From Eledone cirrhosa (taxonomy: Eukaryota): a stretch of 64,000 nt of DNA. Under the pieces are notes generated by a model. That model saw only the letters and a program-made list of their open reading frames with translations. It made no database searches and was not told the origin of the DNA. The position numbers were made by a program, and so were the translations under genes. Below are positions 26,186 through 39,225 of the stretch, in pieces. Numbering within the stretch: position 1 is the first letter of the stretch; each line of letters starts with the position of its first letter. The DNA lies in assembly GCA_964016885.1 (NCBI GenBank), contig OZ024740.1, forward strand, positions 387,190,001 to 387,254,000, written 5' to 3'.

Positions 26186-27406
26186 GTGTGTGTTTGCTCT
26201 CGGGTGTTGTTTTTTATTAGTCAAGCCCACTTAAAAACACCTCTGTGGTCCTGTATATACTTATGAATATCTGTTATATAGACATTTCTTCAAAAATATA
26301 TCAATGTTTGCAAAATTGTTTTCTTGCAATATACAGGTATAGCTTGAAAAAAAATATTCTTAAAATCATAGCAAGATTGATACTATTCAAATCATAACAA
26401 GATTCGTGCCATATCATCGATCTCTCTCAAACAATTCATATTTTAAACCAAATACGCAGGAAATATTCTATATTTCATTGAAACTGAAGTAATGGTGAAA
26501 TTGGCGACATTGCAAACGGAATGATAGCCTGCAACTATCAGAAATCCGAAGCTAAAATATTGATATTAGTATAATAATAAATATAGAGATTGAATCAAAT
26601 TATGTGCTTTAGAAATTGTAATAATCGAAATAGATACGTGAATTGTGTGCTGACAGCACGTTTTCTTATTTGTCTTCTCTTGGAATATGGCGTAAAACAC
26701 AATCGAAAAATTGATGCATTGATAACGTAAATAATAGAACAATGAGAAACGGTGTCAAAGCACTGGGAAAATCCAGAAAAAAAACAAAAAACAATGCATG
26801 ATGCAATATAAATGTGGTAAAATGGAGACAATTCTTAAGTAGAAACTAGAACCTGGAAAGGAATTATATACCCAGTAATGTAAAAATTATACAAATTATG
26901 AAACGATATATTGATAGCATTGTTGTAACTACGTGACTGATTGTGTAGAAAGTCTACAATGAAAGAATCTTAAAGCAAGCAGAAGAAAAGAAATAACGAA
27001 AGAAAGGAAACTCTTTTATTCATTTTAAAATCATACAAGTACACTGGAATTAATAAATGATTGCATAAAAAGTAGCAGTTTGTTCATTTAAAAAAGAATA
27101 TATTTTTTTGATTGTGAGGAAGAGAGAAATATATGCACGCAGTTATAATTCATATAGTTTTCCTTTCTAATATATTTTACTGTTCATAATTCACATATAC
27201 CGTAGTTAAACTGCTTTTTTCCCCAGACATATAAATAAACCACAGATCAACTGTAAATGATCAGTGACCCAAGCTCACGGCCTAGTCTTAATTCCATATA
27301 ATAGCAATCTTTACTTCACATACAATAGATAATGCTCTTATAAAAGACATAAACAGCATACAGTGTTATTTTCACTTTCTTAAATTCGGTAAATTTTCCT
27401 TATTCA

Positions 27407-27469
<63 letters not shown>

Positions 27470-27492
27470 GCACGCACGCACGCACGCACGCG

Positions 27493-27626
<134 letters not shown>

Positions 27627-27864
27627 TTATTTATGGAAAAAATAGAGTGCTTTCTCTCCTGCTGGTGTTGCAGAGTCACCGTCTTGACACGATATGTCTT
27701 TGTCATTTTATACCTGGTGGAGCCCATCCTTCTCCATTTCCGAACACAGCCGATTTCTTCCAAAGAAAGAAAAAGACAAATGGGAAAAAAACCGTCTCAG
27801 TATAACTAGAAATTCGCAAGCCAGGCGAATAATTAAATCTATTTCAAATAACAACACTATAGAT

Positions 27865-27975
27865 ATTTAAAAACGGAAAATGAAGGGGAGTACAAAAGCC
27901 CTGGGGTCACAGGAAAATGGGACGGGAATGGGCTGTGGAGCTAGGGCGCTTGTAGACAAGACCGCAAAAGCATAG
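27865..27975 (-). mobile_element. CRE-like 3' end, second short copy
   Basis: Shares AAACGGAAAA, CTAGGGCGC and GACC.CAAAAGCAT with 12157-12287. Confidence 0.5.
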
Positions 27976-29207
27976 TATCTAAATAAATTCTTTGAATATC
28001 TGACATCAATAAAATCACATATAAACAAAACTTGAAATTAATATCCATCTATTTCCCGCTAAAGCACGTCGAGTCAATTGTTATATTCGTTGCTTGAGTT
28101 TTATTTTCATAGTATTTCTTTTACAACAGATAAAACAATCAGTGACAAAAGATGTCATTTACACAATGTTGATAGACTAACTGCAGACAGTTGATTATAT
28201 TCTGTGTGCTTTGTTATTGAAAACCTGTAAAATGTGTGGTTTGGATAAAGAAAAAAAGAGGGAAACATTCCTTCAGACAGAATAAAGTATATATCTTGTT
28301 TACTCAAATGCAACGATTTTCAATATTTTCTCTTTTGTTTTCTTTTTCGATGATAATAGCTCAGCCTTAACTCTTAATGTCCTGTACCACATGGAACCAC
28401 ATGCTGTGTTATGATTTGAATATTATTCCTAACAAAGGTTTGGCAAAATTCTGGGGCAAATAACATTAAGGATATAATATTAGTCATCGACTTAATATGA
28501 CAGACCTGTGGGCGAGAGCAGGGCAAAGTGGTTAAAGAGTTCATTTCGCAATCATTAGGTCTCGTAACACATTTTTCTTCAGTTATCGTAACACATTTTT
28601 TCTAATGTCAGTTTTCATTCTAATCTTCTGACTCAATATAACTGACGTTTAACTTTAGGTCTACCATAGAATGAACCTTCGTCAGTTTCGAGGATGAATG
28701 GTATATCAACGGAAAAAGCTTGCTCGTGAAATTAATGTGTAAGTTGCTGAGAAATCCATATATATGTGTACCATTAACGGAATTATCAGGAAGATTCAGC
28801 ATGACACAGTGTGTGACTAGGCTGGCCCTTTGAATTACAGGAAGTCTACCCGATGGGTTTCGAAACAGTTTCCATCCATTGAATTTCGCTCACAAGACTT
28901 GGATCGGCCTAAGGGTATGGTAAATGACACTTGTCCAAGGTGCCACGCAATAGAATCGTACCTGGGACCCAATGATTGCGAAACGAAATCCTTAACCATT
29001 CAACCATGTTGCGTCTACTAACTGATTCGTAATGGAATAAACAATAACACACATCACAGGAAAGAGCTTCAAAATAAGAAAAAAACTTATACTATCTGCA
29101 TCATACACAAATAAATGGTAACCAGCTGTACATAGCCAGATGTGGACAATTTCAGAATAGATCCCTACCGTCCTAATGCTACTGGTTTAGTTCTAATCTA
29201 GCTGTCG

Positions 29208-29520
29208 AAAAGTATATACTTTCCTTATGCATATTAACGGCTGAGCAGGCTAATTTGCATATCGAGTGAGTTAATCGGCCGAGCGCACCGAAAACGATAA
29301 ATGGAAAAAATGAAACAAAATTTGTTTACAAACAAACCGAGCATTATAATAAATGTTCGGTAAATCCATACGTACATATATATATATGTGCATGTATGTA
29401 TATATATACATACTACTGTACGTCTGTACACATATATGTATGTACGTATACATACATATATTTAAGTAACAGCCGTACTAAGAGTGAGAAATGAAATTTC
29501 GTTTCATTTTTTCCATTTAT
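29208..29520. mobile_element. Inverted (fold-back) partial copy of the 420 bp hammerhead family
   Basis: Homologous to 41600-41710, then switches strand at ~29320. Ends at TTTTTTCC(A)TTTA-(TA)n, the same end point as 42628. Confidence 0.8.
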
Positions 29521-29521
29521 A

Positions 29522-29596
<75 letters not shown>

Positions 29597-29676
29597 CTGC
29601 CTCTCATTCCTCTCTGGCGACCCTGTGAATACAAAAGTATGTTTGGCCTTAATAAAAAAGGTACACACACACACAT

Positions 29677-29714
<38 letters not shown>

Positions 29715-30083
29715 GGTAGGTACCTTATTTTCCTTGAGACTATATTGTCCCATTTTGTTGAAAGACACGAGTATTCTTTGCATTTGTTTCTGATTTGCCT
29801 ATTTACTCGTAACTAGAGCCTTATAAGTACGATCCCACCGTATGCATAGAAACGGGATTGTTATGTAACCTACAATCGCTGGCTGAAGGAGCGAGCATTG
29901 TTTTCTCTAAGTCTGAGTTTTATATGTATTTTTGTCTTCGATGAACTCATTTATCTATCATTCTTTGATTGAAAATGCTCGTAAATATAGTCCCTACACT
30001 CACATACACACACACACACACACACGGACACTCACACACACACGCGCACACATACACACACACACACACACTCGCTCACACAC

Positions 30084-30164
<81 letters not shown>

Positions 30165-30405
30165 CACATATATATATTACTATTTTTTATTTACGACTGC
30201 ATCCTTCTAGTAGTAAGTCATTTAAAAATCTAGATATGTAAAACAGTGAAAGTAGAAATAGAAAACGGATGAAGTTGTTTCAATCTTGCCTTGCAGCTGT
30301 CATTGTAATTTATTTTAGTCATCTCTGGTTGGACTAACTTCATACTTAATCAACGCTTACGTCAATTATATCAAAACACACTTACTGGTTCATGCAGTGT
30401 ATTTG

Positions 30406-30442
<37 letters not shown>

Positions 30443-30661
30443 AACATACATACATACTTACATGCATGCGTGCGTACATACATACACACATACATACACA
30501 CTCACAAACACACTTATAAACATGCATACATACATACATACATAACGTACATACATGCATGCGTGCATACATACATACATACATAACATACACATATACG
30601 TGTATGCCTGATATATATATATCAGATGTGAGAAAAACCACAGACCCTCCATCTCAACTCA

Positions 30662-30699
30662 CCTTTTGAAAAGCAGAAGAACTGCGAAACCGGTAAAGG
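30662..30699 (+). ncRNA. Degenerate minimal type I hammerhead ribozyme
   Basis: CCTT-TTGAAAA-GCAG(AAGAA)CTGC-GAAA-CCGG-TA-AAGG. Stems I and II and palindromic stem III (ACCGGT) are intact, but the core has two substitutions versus CTGAAGA. Confidence 0.6.
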
Positions 30700-30770
30700 A
30701 ACCAAATAAATATATATATATTTAAAAAAAAAATAAGACTCCAGTTGCATTTTCGATTTCATCTCTTTTT

Positions 30771-30825
<55 letters not shown>

Positions 30826-30913
30826 GTATACTCCAGTCCTACAAACTGTAGAGTGCTTCTTATCCGATATCTGCATTGCTTTTTTGTACTACAATAAAAC
30901 TCACCTCCTACAT

Positions 30914-30945
<32 letters not shown>

Positions 30946-30958
30946 CACGCACACACGA

Positions 30959-31009
<51 letters not shown>

Positions 31010-31059
31010 CATGTATGTCTGATAATCACATACACACATACACACACACATATATATTC

Positions 31060-31648
31060 ATTTTATTAATGCTAAATAGTGAGTCTTGTAACACTGGAGT
31101 ATCGCCTGTTTATCACAGGGTCATCAGGCAACATGCAAGAATTAATGTTTCAATAAAGAAATACTATAGGTGGTGGGGGGATTTAATTGAGAAGGGAGTA
31201 ATTAAGATAGGGTGGACAGGGTGGTAGTGATTATGGGGAAAGATAGGGCTGTGTGAAAAAGGTGATAACGGGTGATAGTGAACATAGCCATAGAATTTTA
31301 ACTGGTCCGTGGGAAGCAGGTGAATATGGAGGTAGGTGTATAGGGGTTAGTGAAAAGGTTGATGGGATTATCAGGGTAAAGTGGTGGATGGAATATAAAT
31401 ATATATATGTTTTAGGTAATTCCGAAGGAAAATCAAAGGAAAAAAGAGTGCTCTATGTATAGAACAGAGCTATTTAATTAGAAAATGAACAACACAAAAC
31501 ATCATTACTCCATTACCAAAGGTTTCTGAATCCTAGACAATATTAATATATGTCTGGTTCGTTCTGTCTGATGAACGATCCAGACGTATATTAATATCCA
31601 GAAACCTTTGGTAATGGAGTAGTTATGTTTTGTGTTGTTCAATTTCTA

Positions 31649-31701
<53 letters not shown>

Positions 31702-31998
31702 ATTACACATGTACATAAATATACATACATGCAAACATATATCCTCACCATCTGCCACCACCACCCTGTCTACTCAGCACTGTCTTAATTACCCATTCTC
31801 AATTACCTCCCCATACACACACACCTCATGTCTTTCTTTATACTGTGTCTGTTATTGTAACGTCAGTTCTTGCCAGATGACCCGGTGATAAACAGGCGAA
31901 ACTCCAGAGTAACAAAACTCACTATTTAGTCTTAATAAAATGATTATAACTCCTTTCGGTATTGAATACTCTTTTCTCTCAGTCGTCAATCACATTCG
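31060..31998. mobile_element. Two diverged, oppositely oriented Penelope-like pLTR copies with degenerate hammerheads (minus ~31081-31140; plus ~31868-31918)
   Basis: Minus strand CTGATGA-CCCTG(TGATAAA)CAGGC-GATA-CTCCAG; plus strand CAGATGA-CCCGG(TGATAAA)CAGGC-GAAA-CTCCAGAG-TA. They share the downstream CTCACTATTTAG. Confidence 0.6.
31409..31651. mobile_element. Fold-back element with hammerhead core in (TA)n
   Basis: Inverted arms ~31477-31564 and 31573-31651, with an unpaired tail on the left. CTGATGA (31568) ... GAAA-CC(TTT)GG-TA (31601-31613). Confidence 0.7.
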
Positions 31999-32013
31999 GA
32001 TACATACATACAT

Positions 32014-32320
32014 GGTGGCTGCCAACTCGTTTTCGAGTACGGCCACTACTTTATATCCATGTAGGAGAACCCCTACCGATGCGCTGAACGAGTGTGACTT
32101 TTTAGTCCAGCCAGCGACTTGAAAACTCTGGTACAAACACTACACCTGTGACAATTACTGACACATAGTGCTGGGCCCATGGTACCATGTGACGACAAGC
32201 GCAGAGAGATCTCCAGATATAAAGCAATGCCTGTGCCGTGAAGCTTTTATAGTGAGCAAAGGCACTGCACAAAGCCAGTCCCACTCTCTTAACCAAGATG
32301 ATATTTACCAAAAAGAAGAA
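32014..32320 (-). mobile_element. 5'-truncated copy of the bipartite RTE-derived element
   Basis: Near-identical to 23487-23791 and flanked by (CATA)n. Confidence 0.85.
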
Positions 32321-32364
32321 CATACATACATACATACATACATACATACATACATACATACATA

Positions 32365-32465
32365 ACCTAGTTGATGTGTAAATTCCAATGAGAGAGTCTT
32401 GTGTCTATGTTAGAAACCGACCCTCTCTCTATTGGGAAAAATGTGTGAAATTATAAAACCAGAAG

Positions 32466-32467
<2 letters not shown>
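32365..32467 (+). mobile_element. 3'-terminal ~100 bp copy of the R4/Dong-like element in (CATA)n
   Basis: Matches 23314-23416 (ACCTAGTTGATGTGTAAATTCCAATGAGAG...AAAACCAGAAGAA) and is followed by CATACATA. Confidence 0.9.
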
Positions 32468-32534
<67 letters not shown>

Positions 32535-32731
32535 GAACATACATACATACATACACATATATATATATGCAGAGGTTATATTTAATTTGTTGGGATATTC
32601 ATTTATAAAACAAATTTATAAAACAAATCTGTATTTTATCTGATGAAAGCGCACCATAATTTGCCTTGGTTGCCCTTGAAATATGTATAATAAAATAAAT
32701 ATGGTTTTATAAATATAGTTTCCATTTATTA

Positions 32732-32825
<94 letters not shown>

Positions 32826-32826
<1 letters not shown>

Positions 32827-32999
32827 CAAAGGAATTGTGGTAAGGAACCAGATGGACCATAACGCATCAGAGTACTCAATACTTAGGGTAGTAGAGTGGG
32901 AAATAGGAAAAAGTATGACCCCGACGGCAGAGCTCAAGCCGTTTCGACGGCTATTTCTGGACTGTTGAACTCTGCCGTCGGGGTCATACTTTTTCCTAT
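32826..32999. mobile_element. Fold-back element in (TA)n carrying the 3' half of a hammerhead (same family as 47505-47726)
   Basis: ~77 bp tail plus inverted arms ~32903-32937 and 32965-32999. Minus strand reads GAAA-CGGC..GCCG-TC. Confidence 0.7.
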
Positions 33000-33100
33000 A
33001 TATATATATATATACACACACACATTCATTCATATATATGTATGTATGATGTATGTATGTATGATGTATGTATGATGTATGTATGATGTATGTATGTATG

Positions 33101-35355
33101 ATGACCCCTTAGCCTTTGTCAAGGCAGAATTCTAGGAGAAGGAAAACTCTGATATAGCACCTGCAACCCTGATGGTATCCAATGATGTTGACGTGTTCTT
33201 CTTTTTGGTAAATATCATCTTGGTTAAGAGAGTGGGACTGGCTTTGTGCAGTGCCTTTCCTCACTATAAAAGCTTCACGGCACAGGCATTGCTTTATATC
33301 TGGAGATCTCTCTGCACTTGTCGTCACATGGTACCATGGACCCAGCACTATGTGTCAGTAATTGTCACAAGTGTAGTGTTTGTACCAGAGTTTTCAAGTC
33401 GCTGGCTGGACTAAAAAGTCACACTCGTTCAGCGCATCAGTAGGGGTTCGCCTACATGGATATAAAGTGGTGGCCGTACTCGAAAAGGAGTTGGCAGCCA
33501 CCATGTATGTATGTATGTATCTTGTTGGTGCTACTGGTAACATGTATCCCAGTACAACCTGTCTCATGGTCGGGTCGTTGGCGACTAAACTGGCAACCCC
33601 ACCAAGGTTTCTTGGTGAGGAGGGTGACTTTGGACATCCTGCAGGACTGAAAACAAAACCTGTGAAAGGGCAAAGGAGCTCTTAAGAGTCAATGGCCATC
33701 CAAAATCACCGGGAGAGATGACCCCTTAGCCTTTATCAAGGCAGAATTCTAGGGAAGGCAAACTCTGATATAACACCTGCAACCCTAATGGTATCCAATG
33801 ATGTTGACTTGTTCTTCTTTTTGGTAAATATCATCCTGGTTAAGAGAGTGGGACTGGCTTTGTGCAGTGCCTTTGCTCACTATAAAAGCTTCACGGCACA
33901 GACATTGCTTTATATCTGGAGATCTCTCTGCACTTGTCGTCACAGTGTACCATGGAGCCAGCACTATGTGTCAGTAATTGTCACAAGTGTAGTGTTTGTA
34001 CCAGAGTTTTCAAGTCGCTGGCTGGACTAAAAAGTCACACTCGTTCAGCGCATCAGTAGGGGTTCTCCTACATGGATATAAAGTGGTGGCCGTACTCGAA
34101 AACGAGTTGGCAGCCACCATGTATGTATGTATGTATGTATGTATCTTGTTGGTGCTACTGATAACATGTATCCCAGTACAACCTGTCTCATGGTCGGGTC
34201 GTTGGCGACTAAACTGGCAACCCCACCAAGGTTTCTTGGTGAGGAGGGTGACTTTGGACATCCTGCAGGACTAAAAACAAAACCTGTCAAAGGGCAAAGG
34301 AGCTCTTAAGAGTCAGTGGCCATCCAAAATCACCGGGAGAGATGACCCCTTAGCCTTTATCAAGGCAGAATTCTAGGGAAGGAAAACTCTGATATAACAC
34401 CTGCAACCCTGATGGTATCCAATGATGTTGACTTGTTCTTCTTTTTGGTAAATATCATCCTGGTTAAGAGAGTGGGACTGGCTTTGTGCAGTGCCTTTGC
34501 TCACTATAAAAGCTTCACGGCACAGGCATTGCTTTATATCTGGAGATCTCTCTGCACTTCTCGTCACAGGGTACCATGGACCCAGCACTATGTGTCAGTA
34601 ATTGTCACAAGTGTAGTGTTTGTACCAGAGTTTTCAAGTCGCTGGCTGGACTAAAAAGGCACACTCGTTCAGCGCATCAGTAGGGGTTCTCCTACATGCA
34701 TATAAAGTAGTGGCCGTACTCGAAAACGAGTTGGCAGCCACCATGTATGTATGTATCTTGTTGGTGCTACTGGTAACATGTATCCCAGTACAACCTGTCT
34801 CATGGTCGGGTCGTTGGCGACTAAACTGGCAACCCCACCAAGGTTTCTTGGTGAGGAGGGTGACTTTGGACATCCTGCAGGACTGAAAACAAAACCTGTG
34901 AAAGGGCAAAGGAGCTCTTAAGAGTCAATGGCCATGCAAAATCACCGGGAGAGATGACCCTTTAGTCTTTATCAAGGCAGAATTCTAGGGAAGGAAAACT
35001 CTGATATAACACCTGCAACCCTGATGGTATCCAATGATGTTGACTTGTTCTTCTTTTTTGGTAAATATCATCCTGGTTAAGAGAGTGGGACTGGCTTTGT
35101 GCAGTGCCTTTGCTCACTATAAAAGCTTCACGGCACAGGCATTGCTTTATATCTGGAGATCTCTCTGCACTTGTCGTTACATGGTACCATGGGCCCAGCA
35201 CAATGTGTCAATAATTGTCACAAGTGTAGTGTTTATACCAGAGTTTTCAAGTCGCTGGCTGGACTAAAAAGTCACACACGTTCAGCCAATCGGTAGGGGT
35301 TCTCCTACATGGATATAAAGTAGTGACCGTACTCGAAAACGAGTTGGCAGCCACC
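33101..35355 (+). repeat. Head-to-tail array of the bipartite RTE-derived element (one partial + three full units)
   Basis: Unit starts (CTTGTTGGTG) at 33521, 34145 and 34757. Units are separated only by short (TATG)n. Confidence 0.9.
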
Positions 35356-35482
35356 ATGTATATATCTATCTATCTATGTATGTATCTATGTATTTATGCA
35401 TGCATGTATATGAGATTATCTACGTATGCATATTACATGTGTACACGCGGGCTCGTGTGTATTTGTGTGTGTGCGTGTTTGT

Positions 35483-35521
<39 letters not shown>

Positions 35522-35614
35522 TGTTTGTGTTGTCTCCATTTTCGTGACAATAATCATGTGTTTCCACATTTCAAACATATTTGTAATTAGCAATCAAATC
35601 GATATTGGGTTAGG

Positions 35615-36045
35615 TATTGGCGGTAGTGGTGGTGGTGGTGGTGGTGGTAGTGGTGATAGTAATGATGATTGTAGCAACAGTGACGTTCTGATCGTGGTGG
35701 CGGTGTAGATGATGAGATGATGATTGTAGTGGTAGTTGTTGTTATTGTACTGGTGGTGATAGTGGTGGTGACTGTAGCAATAGTGTTGTTGTTGTTGTTG
35801 TGGTGGTGGCGGCGGTGGTGATGATAGTGATGATCACTGTAGCATTAGTGTTGTTGTTGTTGTTGTTGTTGTGGCGGTGGTGGTGGTGGTGGCGGTGGCG
35901 GTGGCGGTGGTGATGATAGTGATGATCACTGTAGCAAGTGTTGTTGTTGTTGTGGTGGCGGTGGTGGTGGTGGCGGTGGCGGTGGTGATGATAGTGATGA
36001 TCACTGTAGCAATAGTGTGGTGGTGGTGGTGGTGGTGGTGGTGGC

Positions 36046-36076
<31 letters not shown>

Positions 36077-36143
36077 ATGATAGTGATGATCACTGTAGCA
36101 ATAGTGTTGTTGTTGTTGTTGTGGTGGTGGTGGTGGTGGTGGT

Positions 36144-36174
<31 letters not shown>

Positions 36175-36400
36175 ATGATAGTGATGATCACTGTAGCAAT
36201 AGTGTTGTTGTTCTCGTGGTGGCGGCGGCGGCGGCGGTAGTGTTGACGTGAATGATGGTGTGTTTATGACTGTAGCATGGTGTTGTTATTCTGGTGGTGG
36301 TAGTGGTGGGGATGATAGTGATGATGATGATGACTGTAACAATGGCGGTGTTGACGGGAATGGTGGTGATGTTTATGACAGTAGCTGTGGTAACATTAAT
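35615..36400. repeat. Compound (GGT)n/(GTT)n/(GGCGGT)n array with recurring anchor GTGATGATAGTGATGATCACTGTAGCAATAGTG
   Basis: The anchor recurs at about 35818, 35910, 35985, 36074 and 36172. Confidence 0.85.
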
Positions 36401-36682
36401 AGTGATAAGGAGAATGACAAGTAAACCTCTCATCCGTCATTGACGAAAGTCCCTAATGTGTCAACTTGGATGAACACATGCAGTCACGCACAGAAAACAA
36501 CAACAACAACAACAACAACAAAACAAGACGTATAAATGCGCACGCGCTGACTAACATACACACATTTCTATATGTACTGTATATCTATAGGATGTATATT
36601 TTTACGGTTCGTCAGACACACACTTATACATACATACATACAAGTGTATATGTGTATATGTGTATATATGTATATATATATA

Positions 36683-36765
<83 letters not shown>

Positions 36766-36820
36766 GTGTGTGCGTGTGTATATATATATGTATATATATA
36801 CGTGTGTTTGTATATATATA

Positions 36821-36851
<31 letters not shown>

Positions 36852-37084
36852 GTGTGTATATGTGTGTGTGTGTTCATTGATCTCATATTTTTCGGAAAGC
36901 ATTCAATAATGGTTATTTCATGCTAGTTGTGTTATACGTCACAGAATGTCAACACACAATTCTTTTTATTTCTGTTGCCTAGCTGTCCCTTCTATTTCTA
37001 ACTTCTACTTTAATGTCCTCCCTTTTTTGTCTTGTTTTGTCTCTTCATCCTGCTCTCTACTTCTTCCTCTATCCCCACTTCTCT

Positions 37085-37910
37085 CTCTCTCTCTCTCTCA
37101 CGCCTTCTCTCCATCACCCCCTCTCTCACGCCTTCTCTCCATCACCCCCTTCTCTCACGCCTTCTCTCCATCACCCCCTCTCTCACGCCTTCTCTCCATC
37201 ACCCCCTCTCTCACGCCTTCTCTCCATCACCCCCTCTCTCACACCTTCTCTCCTCGTCACTCCCTCTCTCACGCCTTCTCTCCATCACCCCCTCTCTCAC
37301 GCCTTCTCTCCGTCACTCTCCCTCTCTCACGCCTTCTCTCCCCGTCACTCTCCCTCTCTCACGCCTTCTCTCCTCGTCACTCCCTCTCTCACGCCTTCTC
37401 TCCTCGTCACGCCCTCTCTCACGCCTTCTCCTCGTCACTCCCTCTCTCACGCCTTCTCCTCGTCACTCTCCCTCTCTCGCGCCTTCTCCTCGTCACTCTC
37501 CCTCTCTCACGCCTTCTCTCCTCGTCACTCCCTCTCTCACACCTTCTCCTCGTCACTCTCCCTCTCTCACGCCGTCTTTCCGTCACCCCCTCTCTCACGC
37601 CTTCTCCTCGTCATCTCTCTCTCACGCCTTCTCGTCACTCCCCTCTCTCACGCCTTCTCCTCGTCACCCCCTCTCTCACACCATCCCTCCATCACCCCTC
37701 TTCCCCTCGGACGCCTTCTCTCCGTCACCCCCGCCCCCCTCGCTCACGCCGTCTCTCCGTCACCCCCTCTCTCACGCCTTCTCTCCGTCACCCCCCTCTC
37801 TCACGCCTTCTCTCCGTCACCCCCCCCCCCGCTCACGCCGTCTCTCCGTCACCCCCCCCCCGCTCACGCCGTCTCTCCGTCACCCCCTCTCTCACGCCTT
37901 CTCCTTGTCA
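37085..37910. repeat. Pyrimidine-rich ~27-31 bp minisatellite (CTCTCTCACGCCTTCTCTCCATCACCCC and variants)
   Basis: Read directly; it explains the three overlapping long ORFs. Confidence 0.92.
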
Positions 37911-38181
37911 TCTCCTTCTCTCCGCTACTCCCTCCCTCTATCTGTCTCCACTCTCTCTCTCTCATGTCCCAGCCGTCTCTTCATTTCTATTTCCTTCTAA
38001 GATTTAAATATTTAAAGTAACGTATGTCAAATAAAATTATTTGAAATGGTTTATCGTCTCCTTCGTGCAGTTTCATTTCCGTCATTCATTTCTTCTCACG
38101 TAACAGGCAACATAAAGCAGGTATCGTTTTCTTGATTGTTTGCATGGTTGTCAGTAGTGGCAGAAATTACGGCAATCTCTA

Positions 38182-38273
<92 letters not shown>

Positions 38274-38669
38274 ATATTAGGATTGGTGCTCTGAAATAGC
38301 GATGTATACATGAATGTATGTATAGTATATTTGGCAATATACCGTATGTTTAATTAAAAACATTTTGAAGACCATACGCTATCGGTTTTAAAGTAGTGAC
38401 TATGTCACTTACTTCTTTTCGATAATCAGCTCCTGATTATTACTGGAATTCTATAAGAATCCAGCTTCTATAATTTTCGGCGGAAGCAGGGGATGGCGTG
38501 ACTCTGATGATCGCCAAAACAGCGTGAAACAGACTGTTAACTTCTCTCCCTTCTTTCGCCGAAAAGAAGTAAGTGACATAGTCACTACTTTAAAATGATA
38601 GCGTAAGGTCTTCAAAATGTTTTTAATTAAACATACGGTATATTGCCAAATATACTATACATACATTTA
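38274..38669. mobile_element. Fold-back Penelope-like pLTR element in (TA)n with hammerhead-like motif at ~38474-38565 (+)
   Basis: Inverted arms ~38311-38421 and 38560-38669. CTGATGA-T-CGC(CAAAACA)GCG-T-GAAA-CAG(A)CTG-TT is enclosed by the long stem TTTTCGGCGGAAG..GGGGA / TCCC..CTTTCGCCGAAAA. Proximal stem I is degenerate. Confidence 0.7.
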
Positions 38670-38804
38670 TATATATATAAACATATTTAATTAGTCCAGA
38701 GTAAATAGATTTCTGGGATACAGGTTCTAGTTAAAACTATAATAATTATTTTCCAAACCATAAGAAACGATAGTTTCGAGGTTCAACTCCGGTTCCTCTA
38801 TTTA

Positions 38805-39225
38805 TTCTTCTTTCTTCTTCTTCGCCCACCTATTCCTGAGGGGGTCGTGGAGGAAGAGTCCTTAAACACTCATTTCACCAGGTCCTGGCAGAAACAACCG
38901 TCGCCAGTTTATCCAGCGGCATCCCCAAGCCAGACCAGCCGAGCCCATGGATGTTATCCAACCATCTTGCTCGGAGTTTAACCCTGGGTCTCCTGTCGAT
39001 TGGTTTTGCCCGTAAAATCTGTCCAGCATTTCTTTCCTGAGACATTCTAAACACATGCGCGATATATCAGAGCTGTGATCTCTCAATTCGGAGAAGTAGC
39101 GGCCCTACCTGGAGCGGCTCACTGATCTCCGAGCAACACACTCTATCGAGTAACGTTACTGGAAAGACTCTTCGGAGAAACCCCATTTCGGCTTCTTGTA
39201 TTCGCCATCGTATTCTTTCGGTCGT
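38805..39225 (-). mobile_element. RTE/Rex3-like LINE 3' fragment
   Basis: Reverse complement of the 57850-58240 region, with a (GAA)n tail. Confidence 0.85.

Noticed and set aside
29040-29207. HITGKSFKIRK, reminiscent of the PLE linker before GIY-YIG
   Set aside because: Too short and not followed by a GIY-YIG motif, so it cannot be used as evidence of an autonomous Penelope element.
33521-33600. Possible HDV-like ribozyme at the 5' end of the RTE-derived unit (CCAGT..GG-GTCG-TTGG-CGA-CTAA-ACTGG)
   Set aside because: I could not build a consistent P1/P3/P1.1. The putative P2 does not covary in the sister copy at 41160-41230, and CCAGT pairs equally well with an upstream ACTGG. It needs a covariance search.
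36946-38020. Three overlapping 320-350 aa ORFs
   Set aside because: All three frames are open only because the C/T-rich minisatellite lacks stop codons; no domain is present.
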